Shown here piece by piece: positions 1 to 9,891 of a DNA stretch of 38,742 nucleotides. The notes below the pieces were generated by a model that worked only from the letters and a program-made list of their open reading frames with translations, was not told the DNA's origin and searched no databases. The stretch comes from a virus (lineage: Duplodnaviria; Caudoviricetes), in IMG/VR virus record IMGVR_UViG_3300032373_000046, positions 1 through 38,742 of that record. The stretch is one strand, 5' to 3'. Position numbers and translations under genes: made by a program. The stretch's first letter is position 1, and each line of letters starts with the position of its first letter.

Positions 1-127
1 GGGTTTGACTGAACTATTCCCAAGCATGGTTTCCAAGCGCGAGCCTAAAAAAGCAACCGTGATCCCCATTAAACATAATTGGAACTGATATGGCACAGAC
101 AAAAGAAAAGCGGTTAGCAGATGTTTA
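1..127. repeat. Terminal direct repeat, copy 1 (circular assembly overlap); contains the terL 3' end and portal 5' end
   Basis: 1-127 is identical to 38616-38742; 127 is a common assembler k-mer; unit length 38615 bp. Confidence 0.95.
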
Positions 128-2147
128 TGAGGATGCGCGAAGTAACTTCAATTGCATTCAATCATCAGTTCGAGACGTGCGACAGCAGTGTTTGGAGGAT
201 CGGCGGTTTGTCTCTGTTCCCGGCGCTATGTGGGAAGGAAGGCTTGGTGATCAGTTCGAGAACAAACCTAAGATCGAGATTAACAAGATCATGCGGTCGC
301 TTATTCGCATTTACAACGATTACCGCAACAACCGTATAACGGTAGACTTCACCAACAAGGACGGTAGCGAGAAAGAAGACTTGGCCTCTGTTTGTGATGG
401 GCTGTTTAGGGCCGATGCACAAGACAGCAATGCGGAAGACGCAACCGACAATGCGTTTGAAGAGGGAACAGCGGGGGGTTTTGGTGCTTGGCGTTTAATC
501 TCCGAGTATGAGGATGAATATAACGACGAAGACGATTACCAGCGCATTAGGTTCGAGCCGATATATGATGCTGATAGTTGCGTGTTCTTTGACCTTGATG
601 CGAAGAAACAGGACAAGTCCGATGCTAAGTATTGTTTTGTTCTGTCATCCACTACCGTTGAGGCTTTCAAGGAAGAATGGGGTCAAGACCCTGCATCGTG
701 GCCAAAGGAAATCGAGAGCAAAGAGTTTGACTGGACAGACGGACCGACTGTTTATGTGGCTGAGTATTACAAGGTCGAGGAAAAGACTGAAACTGTTTAC
801 ATCTTCACTTCTCTGACCGACGAGGAAATAAGGCACACGGCAAAAAGCCTGGAAGATGCAGGCGGCGAAGATGAATTGCTTATCCAGGGTATTACGCTAG
901 AGAAAACCAAGCGCGTTAAAACCCGCAAGGTTCACAAGTATATCATGTCCGGCGCTGGCATTCTTGAAGACTGCGGTTTCATTGCTGGAAAGTGTATCCC
1001 GATCATCCCGTTTTACGGCAAGCGATGGTACATCGACAACATTGAGCGCTGCCAAGGCCACGTAAGGCTGGCCAAAGACCCGACCCGTTTGCAGAACATG
1101 CAAGTATCAAAGCTTGCTGAGATTGCAGCGCTTTCAGCTACGGAAAAGCCTATCCTTACACCGGGTCAAATCCTTGGTAACGAAAAAACCTGGGCTGAAG
1201 ACAATATCACAAACAACCCGTACTTATTGATTAACCCAACGGAAGACGGGCAGGGAAATGAAGTTCCGCTAACAGCCTTAAACTATACACGCTCACCAAA
1301 CATACCTCCGGCGCTTGGCGCAATTATGCAGATCGTAGCTAACGACTTGCGGGAAATACTCGGCAATGAGGGCGGTGATGAGATTGTTTCCAACATCAGC
1401 GGCGAAGCGATTGAGCAAATCCAAACCCGTCTCGATATGCAATCGTTCATGTATATTTCCAACATGGCCAAGTCATTCAAGCGTTGCGGTGAGGTGTGGT
1501 TGAGCATGGCACGCGAGCTTTACGTTGATGAGGGCCGCAAGATGAAATCCATCGGCGTGAAGAATGATGTTAGTTCCATCGAGATAGGCCAAGTGTTTAT
1601 TGATGTCGATGGCAAAGAGGTGAAGCGCAACGATCTAACCGAGGCTTCGTTTGATGTGAATGTTTCGGTAGGTCCGTCTTCTGAAAGCAAGCACAGCGCC
1701 CTTAACAAACAACTGCTAGCCATGAAGCAATTCACTACGGACCCTGAAACCATTCAAGTTATTGACGCACTGTTGATGATGAACCTTGAAGGCGAAGGCG
1801 TTGAGGAAACCAAACAGTTCTGGCGCAATAAGCTTTTGAGAATGGGCGCTGTTGAGCCGACGCAAGAGGAACAGAAAGAGATTGATGAAGCTGCGGCCAA
1901 TGTTGAACCTGATCCTAACGCTGAGTTCTTGCAGTCCGAGGCAGAGAAAAATCTGGCCGATGCTGCCAAGGCAGAAGCAGACACGGCGCAGTCAATAGCT
2001 AAAACTGATAAGACGAAGGCTGAGACTGTGGAAATCTTGGCTGACGTGGACCTGAAAGACCAACAGGTATTTGAGAAGAAAATGGAATTACTAGAGGGAA
2101 CCGCTGGCCCTATCAGCGAGACAGACGGAGGCACAAATGTCGCTTGA
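90..2147 (+). CDS. Portal protein, P22-like
   Basis: 685 aa directly after terL on the circle; motifs EINKI..S, GGFGAWR, IPIIPFYG, GHVRLAKDP.RLQNMQ.S typical of P22-type portals; long acidic helical C-terminus. Confidence 0.92.
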   Translation: MAQTKEKRLADVYEDARSNFNCIQSSVRDVRQQCLEDRRFVSVPGAMWEGRLGDQFENKPKIEINKIMRSLIRIYNDYRNNRITVDFTNKDGSEKEDLASVCDGLFRADAQDSNAEDATDNAFEEGTAGGFGAWRLISEYEDEYNDEDDYQRIRFEPIYDADSCVFFDLDAKKQDKSDAKYCFVLSSTTVEAFKEEWGQDPASWPKEIESKEFDWTDGPTVYVAEYYKVEEKTETVYIFTSLTDEEIRHTAKSLEDAGGEDELLIQGITLEKTKRVKTRKVHKYIMSGAGILEDCGFIAGKCIPIIPFYGKRWYIDNIERCQGHVRLAKDPTRLQNMQVSKLAEIAALSATEKPILTPGQILGNEKTWAEDNITNNPYLLINPTEDGQGNEVPLTALNYTRSPNIPPALGAIMQIVANDLREILGNEGGDEIVSNISGEAIEQIQTRLDMQSFMYISNMAKSFKRCGEVWLSMARELYVDEGRKMKSIGVKNDVSSIEIGQVFIDVDGKEVKRNDLTEASFDVNVSVGPSSESKHSALNKQLLAMKQFTTDPETIQVIDALLMMNLEGEGVEETKQFWRNKLLRMGAVEPTQEEQKEIDEAAANVEPDPNAEFLQSEAEKNLADAAKAEADTAQSIAKTDKTKAETVEILADVDLKDQQVFEKKMELLEGTAGPISETDGGTNVA

Positions 2148-2973
2148 AGACCAAGAAGTTGAAACAGAAGTTGAAGAAGTCGAGGAAGTTGAAGCGGAAG
2201 ATACCGCAGAAAATGACAACCTTGATGATGAATCGGAAGGCGAAGAGGAAGGTGAAGAAGAGGAAACCATTGTCCTAATCGGCGATGAAGAGCCGGAGGA
2301 AAAACAGGCCGCGCCCGATTGGGTTAAGGAGTTGCGCCGTGAATATTCTGAGCTGAAAAAAGAAAACAAGGAACTCAAGAAAAAAGTCGTCGGCGAAGAG
2401 GTTATTGAGCCAAGCCCCAAGCCCAAGCTTGAAGACTTCGATTATGATCCCGACAAGTTCGAGGCAGCCTATGATAAATGGGTTGATGAAAAGCGGGACA
2501 TTGACAACAAGAAAGCCCAGGCTGAGAAGGCAAAGAACGCACAGCAGGAAACCTATCAGGCCAAGCTCAACGCTTACAACGAACGCAAGGCAAAGATGCC
2601 GGTCAAAGACTTTGACGAAATGGAGGCTATCGCTGCTGATGCCCTTAGTGATGTGCAGCAGGGATTAATTGTTAGCGCCGCGAAGTCTTCAGAGACTGTG
2701 ATGTACGCGCTTGGCAGCCACCCTGAGAAACTAGCCGCCCTTGCCGCGATCACTGATCCGGTTGAATTTGTAGCTGAGACTGTACGAATGGAAATGACTA
2801 TGAAAACCACCACACGAAAGAAACCCGCACCAGAGCGCAAACTAACACCGGGAAGCGCCCCACTATCAGGCGGCAAGGACAGGATGCTTGAAAAGTTGGA
2901 GGAAGAAGCGGCCAAGACAGGCGACCGCTCGAAGGTTCAAGCTTACATGAGAGAGAAGCGCAACGCGGCATAA
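2137..2973 (+). CDS. Scaffolding protein
   Basis: Acidic N-terminus, coiled coil, PKPKLEDFDYD motif, between portal and coat. Confidence 0.8.
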   Translation: MSLEDQEVETEVEEVEEVEAEDTAENDNLDDESEGEEEGEEEETIVLIGDEEPEEKQAAPDWVKELRREYSELKKENKELKKKVVGEEVIEPSPKPKLEDFDYDPDKFEAAYDKWVDEKRDIDNKKAQAEKAKNAQQETYQAKLNAYNERKAKMPVKDFDEMEAIAADALSDVQQGLIVSAAKSSETVMYALGSHPEKLAALAAITDPVEFVAETVRMEMTMKTTTRKKPAPERKLTPGSAPLSGGKDRMLEKLEEEAAKTGDRSKVQAYMREKRNAA

Positions 2974-2981
2974 TGTTTTGG

Positions 2982-3010
2982 TTGCAATAAAATTACGAAT
3001 ATAGTAATAT
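2982..3010 (+). promoter_or_regulatory. Putative sigma70-like promoter upstream of coat gene
   Basis: TTGCAA-N17-TAATAT in an AT-rich intergenic gap. Confidence 0.55.
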
Positions 3011-3118
3011 ACACATGGTTTCGCTGACCTAATCAGCCGTTGAGGCCCGCCATCCTGCCAATCCAATTGGATGAGTCCGTAAGAAAATCCTTATAAACTC
3101 ATTCAAATGGAGGCCGTA

Positions 3119-4384
3119 ATGGCTAATGCTTTTTCCAAAGAGGAAATCGTATTTTTCGACGAACAGGTCGAGAAGTTCAACGATCAGCTCGTAATGTCAC
3201 GAGTTGTAAATAAATTCAACATTGATAGCGAACTCGCAGAACGCACCGGCGACCAATACTGGCGACCGCAGCCGTACATCGCACAATCTTTCGATGGTTT
3301 GGATCAGACCGGAAACTTTGGCGACAATACGCAGTTGTCTGTCCCTTCCACTATCGGCTTTTTGAAGTCGGTTCCGTGGGAAATGGACTCCAAAGAAATG
3401 CGCGATGGCCTGCAAGAAAACCGCATTGCCGCTTCAGCCGCACAAAAACTATCTTCTGACATTAACGTCGCAACTATGGGTGTGGCTGCTGATCAGGGAA
3501 CGATTGCTGTTAAGCGAAGTTCTGCCGCAACCGGATATGATGACATTGCGGAAGCTGACGCATTGATGAACGAACTTGGTGTGAGCATGGAAGATCGTTA
3601 TCAGTTCCTATCAAGCCGAGACTATAACAGCATGGCTGGAAATCTTGCCGCTCGCCAAACCATGACAGGCAAACCAACGAACGCATATGAGCGGTCATAT
3701 GTTGGTGAGGTTGCTGGTTTTGATACGCACAAGCTGGACTATGCAAATAGCCTTGTTGCCGCTGCCGGAACAACCGTAACAATCAACGGTGCTAACCAGT
3801 ATTATACTCCGGTATCTACAGTAACCACAGCAAACGGCACGAATAATGTCGACAATCGTTACCAGACTATTACCATTGCTGTTGGTGGCGGGACGGTCAA
3901 AGTTGGCGATACATTCACCATTGCCGGTGTTAACGCTGTTCATCACATTACAAAAGGCGATACAGGGCAGCCTAAGACCTTCCGCATTCACTCTATTGTA
4001 ACTGGTGCCGGTGGTTCTGGAACAGTGCAGATTAGTCCGCCTATCATTTCCAATGGTGGTTCTACTGATGCAGAGGCTCAATACCAGAACGTGACTGCAA
4101 CGCCCGCAAACGGCGCGGCAATTACATTCCTGAACACCGTGACAGCCTCTGTGAATCCGTTCTGGCATAAGGACGCGATGGAGCTAACGCCTGGCCGTCT
4201 TGCCGTGCCTAGCGATTCCGGTGCGCAAGTTCTGCGGTCCACGTCTGAGCAAGGTTTAGAGCTTGTCTTCCAAAAGCAGTTTGACATCAACACCTCTAAA
4301 ACCAAGTTCCGCTTGGACACCTACTTTGGTGTAACGATGCTCCAGCCTGAAATGGCCGGTATCATGCAGTTTAGCCAAACTTAA
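3119..4384 (+). CDS. Major capsid (P22 gp5-type coat) protein
   Basis: MANAFSKEEIVFF start with GGAGG RBS at 3109-3113; WRPQPYIAQS and RLDTYFGVTMLQPEMAGI motifs of P22-type coat proteins. Confidence 0.92.
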   Translation: MANAFSKEEIVFFDEQVEKFNDQLVMSRVVNKFNIDSELAERTGDQYWRPQPYIAQSFDGLDQTGNFGDNTQLSVPSTIGFLKSVPWEMDSKEMRDGLQENRIAASAAQKLSSDINVATMGVAADQGTIAVKRSSAATGYDDIAEADALMNELGVSMEDRYQFLSSRDYNSMAGNLAARQTMTGKPTNAYERSYVGEVAGFDTHKLDYANSLVAAAGTTVTINGANQYYTPVSTVTTANGTNNVDNRYQTITIAVGGGTVKVGDTFTIAGVNAVHHITKGDTGQPKTFRIHSIVTGAGGSGTVQISPPIISNGGSTDAEAQYQNVTATPANGAAITFLNTVTASVNPFWHKDAMELTPGRLAVPSDSGAQVLRSTSEQGLELVFQKQFDINTSKTKFRLDTYFGVTMLQPEMAGIMQFSQT

Positions 4385-4390
4385 CCAATA

Positions 4391-4414
4391 AGCCCCCGGT
4401 TACGGCTGGGGGCT
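4391..4414 (+). terminator. GC-rich hairpin after coat gene (possible terminator or mRNA stabiliser)
   Basis: AGCCCCCGG-ttacgg-CTGGGGGCT stem; no clear U-tract. Confidence 0.45.
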
Positions 4415-4427
4415 GTAAGGAATACCC

Positions 4428-4715
4428 ATGACCGTAATGCTCTATAAGCACCCCGGACCCCATAAAATCCACGGTGACAAGTTCGATTATACCATTGTCG
4501 ATGAAGATGCTGTTGAGGGCGCTTTGTCTGATGGATGGTTTCTAACCACCACTGAAGCGCTCAAGCCTAAGAAGGAAAAACCTTCAAAGGAAGACAACGC
4601 GCCACCGACCCGCGCTGAAATCGAAGCCAAGGCAACAGAGCTTGGCATTAAGTTTCGCTCGAACACAAAAGACGCAACGCTCTTGAAGAAAATCAAGGCG
4701 GAACTGAATAAATGA
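4428..4715 (+). CDS. Small virion-module protein with C-terminal HeH/LEM-like helical motif
   Basis: AAGGA RBS; C-terminal TRAEIEAKATELGIKF...TLLKKI pattern; follows coat gene. Confidence 0.65.
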   Translation: MTVMLYKHPGPHKIHGDKFDYTIVDEDAVEGALSDGWFLTTTEALKPKKEKPSKEDNAPPTRAEIEAKATELGIKFRSNTKDATLLKKIKAELNK

Positions 4716-5500
4716 GCTGGACAAAGAGAGAACTTGTAAAGGCTGCGTTTCGCAAGTCGGGGCTTGGTGGTGTATTCGCTAACCTGACAGCTTCGCAGTT
4801 GCAAGACGCTCTCTTTGATCTTGATTCAATGATGGCTCAGTGGTCTGAAAAGGGCATTAACTTAGGCTATGTTACGCCAGTTACACAGGGCGGAAGCAGC
4901 CTTGATGATGCTTCTAACGTGCCAACATGGGCAAACGCCGCCATTTATCTAAGCCTCGCCCCTATTATCGCCGCTGACCTTGGCAAGCAAATAATGCCGG
5001 GTGTTCTACAGGCCGGACGAAGCGCCTACAACACCATGATCCGCACAATGGCGCAGCCTATAGAAATGCAGTATCCAAACACAACGCCTTCAGGGCAGGG
5101 CAACAAGGGCTGGCGATACTATGATGACGCGTTCCTGCGCACACCCCTCGATGTTCCCTTGGTTGACCCGCTCAATACAGGGTCCGCAAGTCTTAACCGG
5201 CAATACTCATCACCCGATGCAACTGGATTTAATGTTGCAATCACGGACGGCCCCGACAGTGTCTATCTGGTTTTAACGCCTGACGCTGCTTATGCGGCTG
5301 GCACCATAACATTGCCCGCTGTGGCGAACGCTTCTGACAATCAAGAGGTTCTTGTGATCAGTAGCCAAGCGGTAACGGCCTTGACTGTGGCAGCAAACGG
5401 CGCGGTTAGCGTTACGGGCGCACCTAATACCTTGGCTGCAAACACACCCTTTAGAGTTCGGTTTGACGCCTCAACAAGAATTTGGACCCTCGTAACATAG
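4712..5500 (+). CDS. Head-tail adaptor / DNA stabilisation protein (P22 gp4-like) with extra C-terminal beta-rich domain
   Basis: MSWTKRELV..A, LDSMMAQW...GI.LGY, LA..IA.D.GK, P.T.PSG.GNK motifs; position after coat. Confidence 0.8.
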   Translation: MSWTKRELVKAAFRKSGLGGVFANLTASQLQDALFDLDSMMAQWSEKGINLGYVTPVTQGGSSLDDASNVPTWANAAIYLSLAPIIAADLGKQIMPGVLQAGRSAYNTMIRTMAQPIEMQYPNTTPSGQGNKGWRYYDDAFLRTPLDVPLVDPLNTGSASLNRQYSSPDATGFNVAITDGPDSVYLVLTPDAAYAAGTITLPAVANASDNQEVLVISSQAVTALTVAANGAVSVTGAPNTLAANTPFRVRFDASTRIWTLVT

Positions 5501-5509
5501 GAATTTAAT

Positions 5510-5971
5510 ATGGCTGGCATTCAAAAAGTAACCGATAGCTATCAATCTGACGGTGTGGTTAATGTGCCACCTATCGGATCGACATTTGACGCAACCACAA
5601 ACGATAGCAACAAAACCTTCACTGTTCCCGGTAATGAATTGTGGAAGCTTAACTTTGCCCAAGTGGTGCTTACAACAGATGCAACGGTTGGCGACCGAGT
5701 TGTTACGCTGGTTATCAGCGACAGCGCAGGCAATACCCTGGCGACTATCATCGCTGGGGCAGTTCAAGCGGCAAGCGCGACTGTGACCTATACATTTTGG
5801 GGCGGCTTGATCCGCGAGACAAGCGTAGTCAACGGGGAATTGCAAAGCCCTATTCCTGCCGACATTTACCTACAGGGCGGCGCAACACTGCGGTTTTATG
5901 ATAGCGCGGCTATTGCAGCGGCTGCCGATGACATGACGGTTTCGTTTCAGTACCAAAAATTCACGGTTTAA
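5510..5971 (+). CDS. Putative virion structural protein
   Basis: 153 aa, Thr/Ala/Val-rich beta composition, AGGA RBS, inside tail module. Confidence 0.55.
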   Translation: MAGIQKVTDSYQSDGVVNVPPIGSTFDATTNDSNKTFTVPGNELWKLNFAQVVLTTDATVGDRVVTLVISDSAGNTLATIIAGAVQAASATVTYTFWGGLIRETSVVNGELQSPIPADIYLQGGATLRFYDSAAIAAAADDMTVSFQYQKFTV

Positions 5972-5974
5972 CTT

Positions 5975-7375
5975 ATGCAAGTTCCCATCCTTAACGGAAT
6001 ATACACCGATGAGGCCGGGGACTTTCGCACGTCTTACCCTCGAAATTATATTCCGGTGCCTAAAAAGCAGGGCATATCTAACGGATATTTGCGTCCGGCT
6101 GATGGTATTGTCTCGAACGGTACTGGACCTGGCATTGATAGAGGGGCATTCAACTGGAAAGGCACTTGTTACCGCGTAATGGGAACAAGCCTTGTTTCTA
6201 TCGCCAGTGACGGCACCACAACCACAATCGGCACTATCGCAGGCACAGACCAAGTGACCATGCATAATTCATTCGATTACCTGTCAATCTCAGGTGGGGG
6301 AAATCTTTACCTATACAACGGGTCAGCCATCCAACAAAATGTAGACCCTGACCTTGGCACTGTGTTGGATCACATTTGGATTGATGGGTATTTCATGACA
6401 ACGGACGGCACCAGCTTGGTTGTTACTGAGCTGAACGACCCGTTTGCAGTTAATCCTCTAAAGTTTGGCAGCTCAGAGGTTGACCCTGATCCGATCAACA
6501 GAATTTTAAAGATACACGACGAAGCCTATGCGCTTAATAGATACACCATTGAGGTGTTTACAAACATAGGCGGCAGCCTGTTCCCGTTTCAAAGAATTGA
6601 AGGCGCGCAAATAGAGCGCGGAACTTTGGGAAAGAATTGCGCTTGTGTGTTTCTTGATGCTGTTGCGTTTGTAGGCGGTGGCAGGCGTGAAGCCCCTGCT
6701 ATTTGGCTGGGGTCTGGTTCCAATACCGGGAAAATATCAACCAGGGAAATTGATCAAATATTATCGGAGTATTCGGAAAGCACGCTTGCGACCTCTCTTC
6801 TGGAAACCAGAGTTTACGAAAATCACAAGCATCTAATGTTACATCTTCCAGATCAAACCCTTGTTTATGACGCCTCTGCGTCTCAGGTGCTTGGCCAATC
6901 GGTTTGGTTTACCCTCACCACAAGTATAACAGGGAAAGGCCAGTACAGGGCAACTAATCATATATGGTGCTATGACAAATGGCTGGTCGGCGATCCTACA
7001 AGCACAAGTCATGGTTATCTTGATGACACAATTGGCAGCCATTACGGCAATGAGAACGGTTGGGAGTTCGGGACAATCATTGGATACAACGAGGGTCGAG
7101 GGGTTATCTTTCACCAGCTAGAGCTTGTTGCCTTGACCGGTCGGGCTGCTTTGGGTGTGAACCCTACCGTATGGACAGAATACTCCCTAGACGGTGAAAC
7201 ATGGAGCATGAGGGCTGGTGTTTCCACTGGCCTTCAGGGCGATAGAGCTGCGCGTTTGGTGTGGTTTCAGCAAGGCATGATGCAAAACTACAGGATGCAG
7301 CGTTTTACCGGCACCAGCGAAAGCCAAATGGGCATTGCAAGGCTTGAGATACAAGTCGAGGCTTTGGCAGCGTAA
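5975..7375 (+). CDS. Tail hub / packaged-DNA stabilisation protein (P22 gp10-like)
   Basis: 466 aa; MQVPILNGIY...FRTSYPRN, GYLRPADG, SEVDPD, YSLDGETWS motifs. Confidence 0.88.
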   Translation: MQVPILNGIYTDEAGDFRTSYPRNYIPVPKKQGISNGYLRPADGIVSNGTGPGIDRGAFNWKGTCYRVMGTSLVSIASDGTTTTIGTIAGTDQVTMHNSFDYLSISGGGNLYLYNGSAIQQNVDPDLGTVLDHIWIDGYFMTTDGTSLVVTELNDPFAVNPLKFGSSEVDPDPINRILKIHDEAYALNRYTIEVFTNIGGSLFPFQRIEGAQIERGTLGKNCACVFLDAVAFVGGGRREAPAIWLGSGSNTGKISTREIDQILSEYSESTLATSLLETRVYENHKHLMLHLPDQTLVYDASASQVLGQSVWFTLTTSITGKGQYRATNHIWCYDKWLVGDPTSTSHGYLDDTIGSHYGNENGWEFGTIIGYNEGRGVIFHQLELVALTGRAALGVNPTVWTEYSLDGETWSMRAGVSTGLQGDRAARLVWFQQGMMQNYRMQRFTGTSESQMGIARLEIQVEALAA

Positions 7376-8379
7376 TGGTTGACCCTACCACTCCAACACG
7401 TCAAGATATTGAACAAATATCCTCCGATGGGAACGGAAAGATAAACTTTCGTGTTGTTCGGGCTTTAGAGCAATTGTTTCAAAAAGCCTCCGTTACGCTG
7501 CCAGATGAAATATCATCTCTGATTTCAGCGTCAGAGGGGCAGGCGCAACAAACAAGCTTAGATGCCGATTACATAGATTTTTCGCCCAACGGCCCGCAAG
7601 AAATGAAGGCGCGTCGTGCCAAGTGGTCTAGTGGTAGCGGGACGGTTAATTTAAGCCTTACAGATGACAATATATTGCAACTTGGGCAGAAGTCACAATA
7701 CCGCGTTGAAAACAATAGCGGCGCTTTAATTGAGCGCGGTAAAGTTGTTGGCATTAACGGGGCAAACAGTAACGGATATTTTGGGATTAGCCTTTACACA
7801 CCCGGCAGTGCGGTTGACCATTCCAATGAACTCTTGGGGATTGTCGCTGATGACATAGCTAATGGTGAAATGGGTTATGTAACGAAGTTCGGCATTGTCT
7901 TTGGTGTTGACACGTCATCTTGGACGGCAGGAACGGCACTATACGCTACAACTTCAGGATTACTCACCAACACGCGACCTACAGCCCCCACGCTTAAAGT
8001 TATTGTTGCTTATGTGTCCGTTCAAGACGCTACGGACGGCATTCTGCATGTAAAACCCTACCTAGGGGCGGCAGTATCAAGATTGCATGATGTTAATGCA
8101 CCATCACCGGCTAACGGCCATATTTTGATATGGAACAACAGCAATTCACGGTATGAGGCGGCGGCAATATCAAACGGCAATGGAACCACCGCTATAAATG
8201 GGGCTGGCTCTATTCAGATAGACCTTAATCTAGCGGCAGGAACTGGCATAAGCATAACAGGAACCACCACGAAAACCATCACCAACACCGCCCCTGCGGG
8301 CGGTGCAAGCGGCAATTTCACCACCGTTGACGGGAAAACTGTCACGGTGGTGGGCGGATTAATCACAACGATTGTATAG
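7375..8379 (+). CDS. Tail needle/fibre-like virion protein
   Basis: Follows gp10; Gly/Thr-rich; LHDV...P.NG.IL.W fibre repeat and C-terminal FTTVDGKTVTV.GGLIT motif. Confidence 0.6.
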   Translation: MVDPTTPTRQDIEQISSDGNGKINFRVVRALEQLFQKASVTLPDEISSLISASEGQAQQTSLDADYIDFSPNGPQEMKARRAKWSSGSGTVNLSLTDDNILQLGQKSQYRVENNSGALIERGKVVGINGANSNGYFGISLYTPGSAVDHSNELLGIVADDIANGEMGYVTKFGIVFGVDTSSWTAGTALYATTSGLLTNTRPTAPTLKVIVAYVSVQDATDGILHVKPYLGAAVSRLHDVNAPSPANGHILIWNNSNSRYEAAAISNGNGTTAINGAGSIQIDLNLAAGTGISITGTTTKTITNTAPAGGASGNFTTVDGKTVTVVGGLITTIV

Positions 8380-8381
8380 AT

Positions 8382-8717
8382 ATGACAACCACAACAACAC
8401 AGCTTATAGCGCCGACACAAATTGCAAATTCGCAGGCCACGCAATACACCGCCACTAACGCGACGGCAAAGATCGGCAAGTTCACAGTCACAAACACGTC
8501 AACGAGCGCGGCTGATTTTAGTTGTAATCTGGTTTCAAGCGGCGGATCGCCTGGAAGCAGCAACTTAATTATTGATGCCAGGGCAATATCTCCCGATGAA
8601 ACATATAACTGTCCAGAGCTTGTTGGTCACACGCTTTTGACTGGTGATTACATATCAACACTGGCTAGTGCTGCAACATCTTTAACAATAATGGCGTCCG
8701 GTATAGAAATAACTTGA
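8382..8717 (+). CDS. Small virion protein
   Basis: 111 aa Thr/Ser-rich; ETYNCPELVGH motif seen in P22-like tail modules. Confidence 0.6.
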   Translation: MTTTTTQLIAPTQIANSQATQYTATNATAKIGKFTVTNTSTSAADFSCNLVSSGGSPGSSNLIIDARAISPDETYNCPELVGHTLLTGDYISTLASAATSLTIMASGIEIT

Positions 8718-8742
8718 TTTTTGTAACGAAAAACGTAATAAT
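8714..8742 (+). promoter_or_regulatory. Putative promoter upstream of ejection-protein genes
   Basis: TTGATT-N16/17-TAATAAT in intergenic gap; ACGAA spacer core shared with promoters at 2982 and 36162. Confidence 0.45.
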
Positions 8743-8794
8743 TGGGTAGCTGAGTAATTTGCTCCCAGCGGCATAACCTATTCATGGTGGTTAA

Positions 8795-9247
8795 ATGTCG
8801 CAAGCTGAACAATCAATCAGAGATAATTTAGAACAGGTTTTTGGCCTTCCGGCTGACGCTGTTGACTATCTGTGTGATCTGTTCTCAGCCATTCAATTAT
8901 TTGATGACTTTGCCGATAAAGACACAGTATCCCGCCCGGTATTGGACCGCGTTATATGGGATTTGTTTGTCAAGATGCCCCAAAACCCCTTTTACGTTCG
9001 CAACAGCTTCCAGCTTTCCGCGCTTCTTTCAACTCAAATCCTAAAATGGCAGGCGTCCGACAGGTTAGAAGTGTCCGGTAACGCTAGTGAAAAATCATTC
9101 ATGTGGCGTGCTGGGTTTTATGACGTGGTTTTATTTGTTGTTGGTCTTTGCCGGGGGCGTGAATTTGCTGAAAAACATTCAACAATGGTTTGTGACCTTT
9201 ACGGGGAAAGTTTGGAAGATTATATGAAAGAGTTTTCAAATGCCTGA
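8795..9247 (+). CDS. Hypothetical all-helical protein with DDxxD motif, upstream of ejection genes
   Basis: 150 aa; QLFDDFADKD; overlaps next start. Confidence 0.65.
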   Translation: MSQAEQSIRDNLEQVFGLPADAVDYLCDLFSAIQLFDDFADKDTVSRPVLDRVIWDLFVKMPQNPFYVRNSFQLSALLSTQILKWQASDRLEVSGNASEKSFMWRAGFYDVVLFVVGLCRGREFAEKHSTMVCDLYGESLEDYMKEFSNA

Positions 9248-9890
9248 TCCGGTAACTGGAGTTTTGGGGGCGGTAAGCGTTGGCAGCTCTTTGCTGTCTT
9301 CTCGGTCTGAAACAAGAGCTATTGATCGGGCAACGGAGGCTCAAGTGGCCAGTTCTGATGCTGGCATAGCTGCGGTTGAAGCGGCTCGGTTGCGCCAAGA
9401 GGAAATTCTAGCTCCCTACGTAGCAGCCGGAACGGGCGGTGAAGGTGTTACGGGTTCGCTTCAGGCCACGCAAGCCCTGCTAGGGCTATTAGGTGAAGAG
9501 GAGCAGGCGAACGCCATATCCGCCATTGAAAGCGGTGCTGAGTTTCAGGCTCTTTCACGGCAGGGCGAGGACGCTATTTTACAAAACGCCTCTGCTACTG
9601 GCGGATTGCGCGGCGGTAATGTTCAGGGCGCTTTAGCTCAATTCAGGCCAGCTTTGTTAAATCAAACCATTGATCAGCAGTTCAGACGACTTGGCGGGTT
9701 AAATCAAATCGGTCAAGCCTCCGCCGCTGGTGTAGGCGCGGCTGGTATTAATTCTGGTGGAAGCATTGCTGAACTATTGCGCCAACAAGGCGAGGCGATA
9801 GGCAGCGGAGCCATTGCCAGGGGTCAATCGCAATCTGATCTGATCAGTGGAATAGGCAAGGGCGTTGGCCTGATTGCTGGAGGGTTTTAG
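9240..9890 (+). CDS. DNA ejection protein (P22 gp7-like)
   Basis: Ala/Gly/Gln-rich; GEDAILQNASATGGLRGGNVQGALAQF motif. Confidence 0.82.
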   Translation: MPDPVTGVLGAVSVGSSLLSSRSETRAIDRATEAQVASSDAGIAAVEAARLRQEEILAPYVAAGTGGEGVTGSLQATQALLGLLGEEEQANAISAIESGAEFQALSRQGEDAILQNASATGGLRGGNVQGALAQFRPALLNQTIDQQFRRLGGLNQIGQASAAGVGAAGINSGGSIAELLRQQGEAIGSGAIARGQSQSDLISGIGKGVGLIAGGF

Positions 9891-9891
9891 C

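Noticed and set aside
1-127. Biological terminal repeat
   Set aside because: Length equals a common assembly k-mer and it cuts through terL and portal coding sequence; more likely a circularisation overlap.
2140-2310. GAA-rich low-complexity tract as a DNA repeat element
   Set aside because: Explained by the Glu/Asp-rich scaffold N-terminus.
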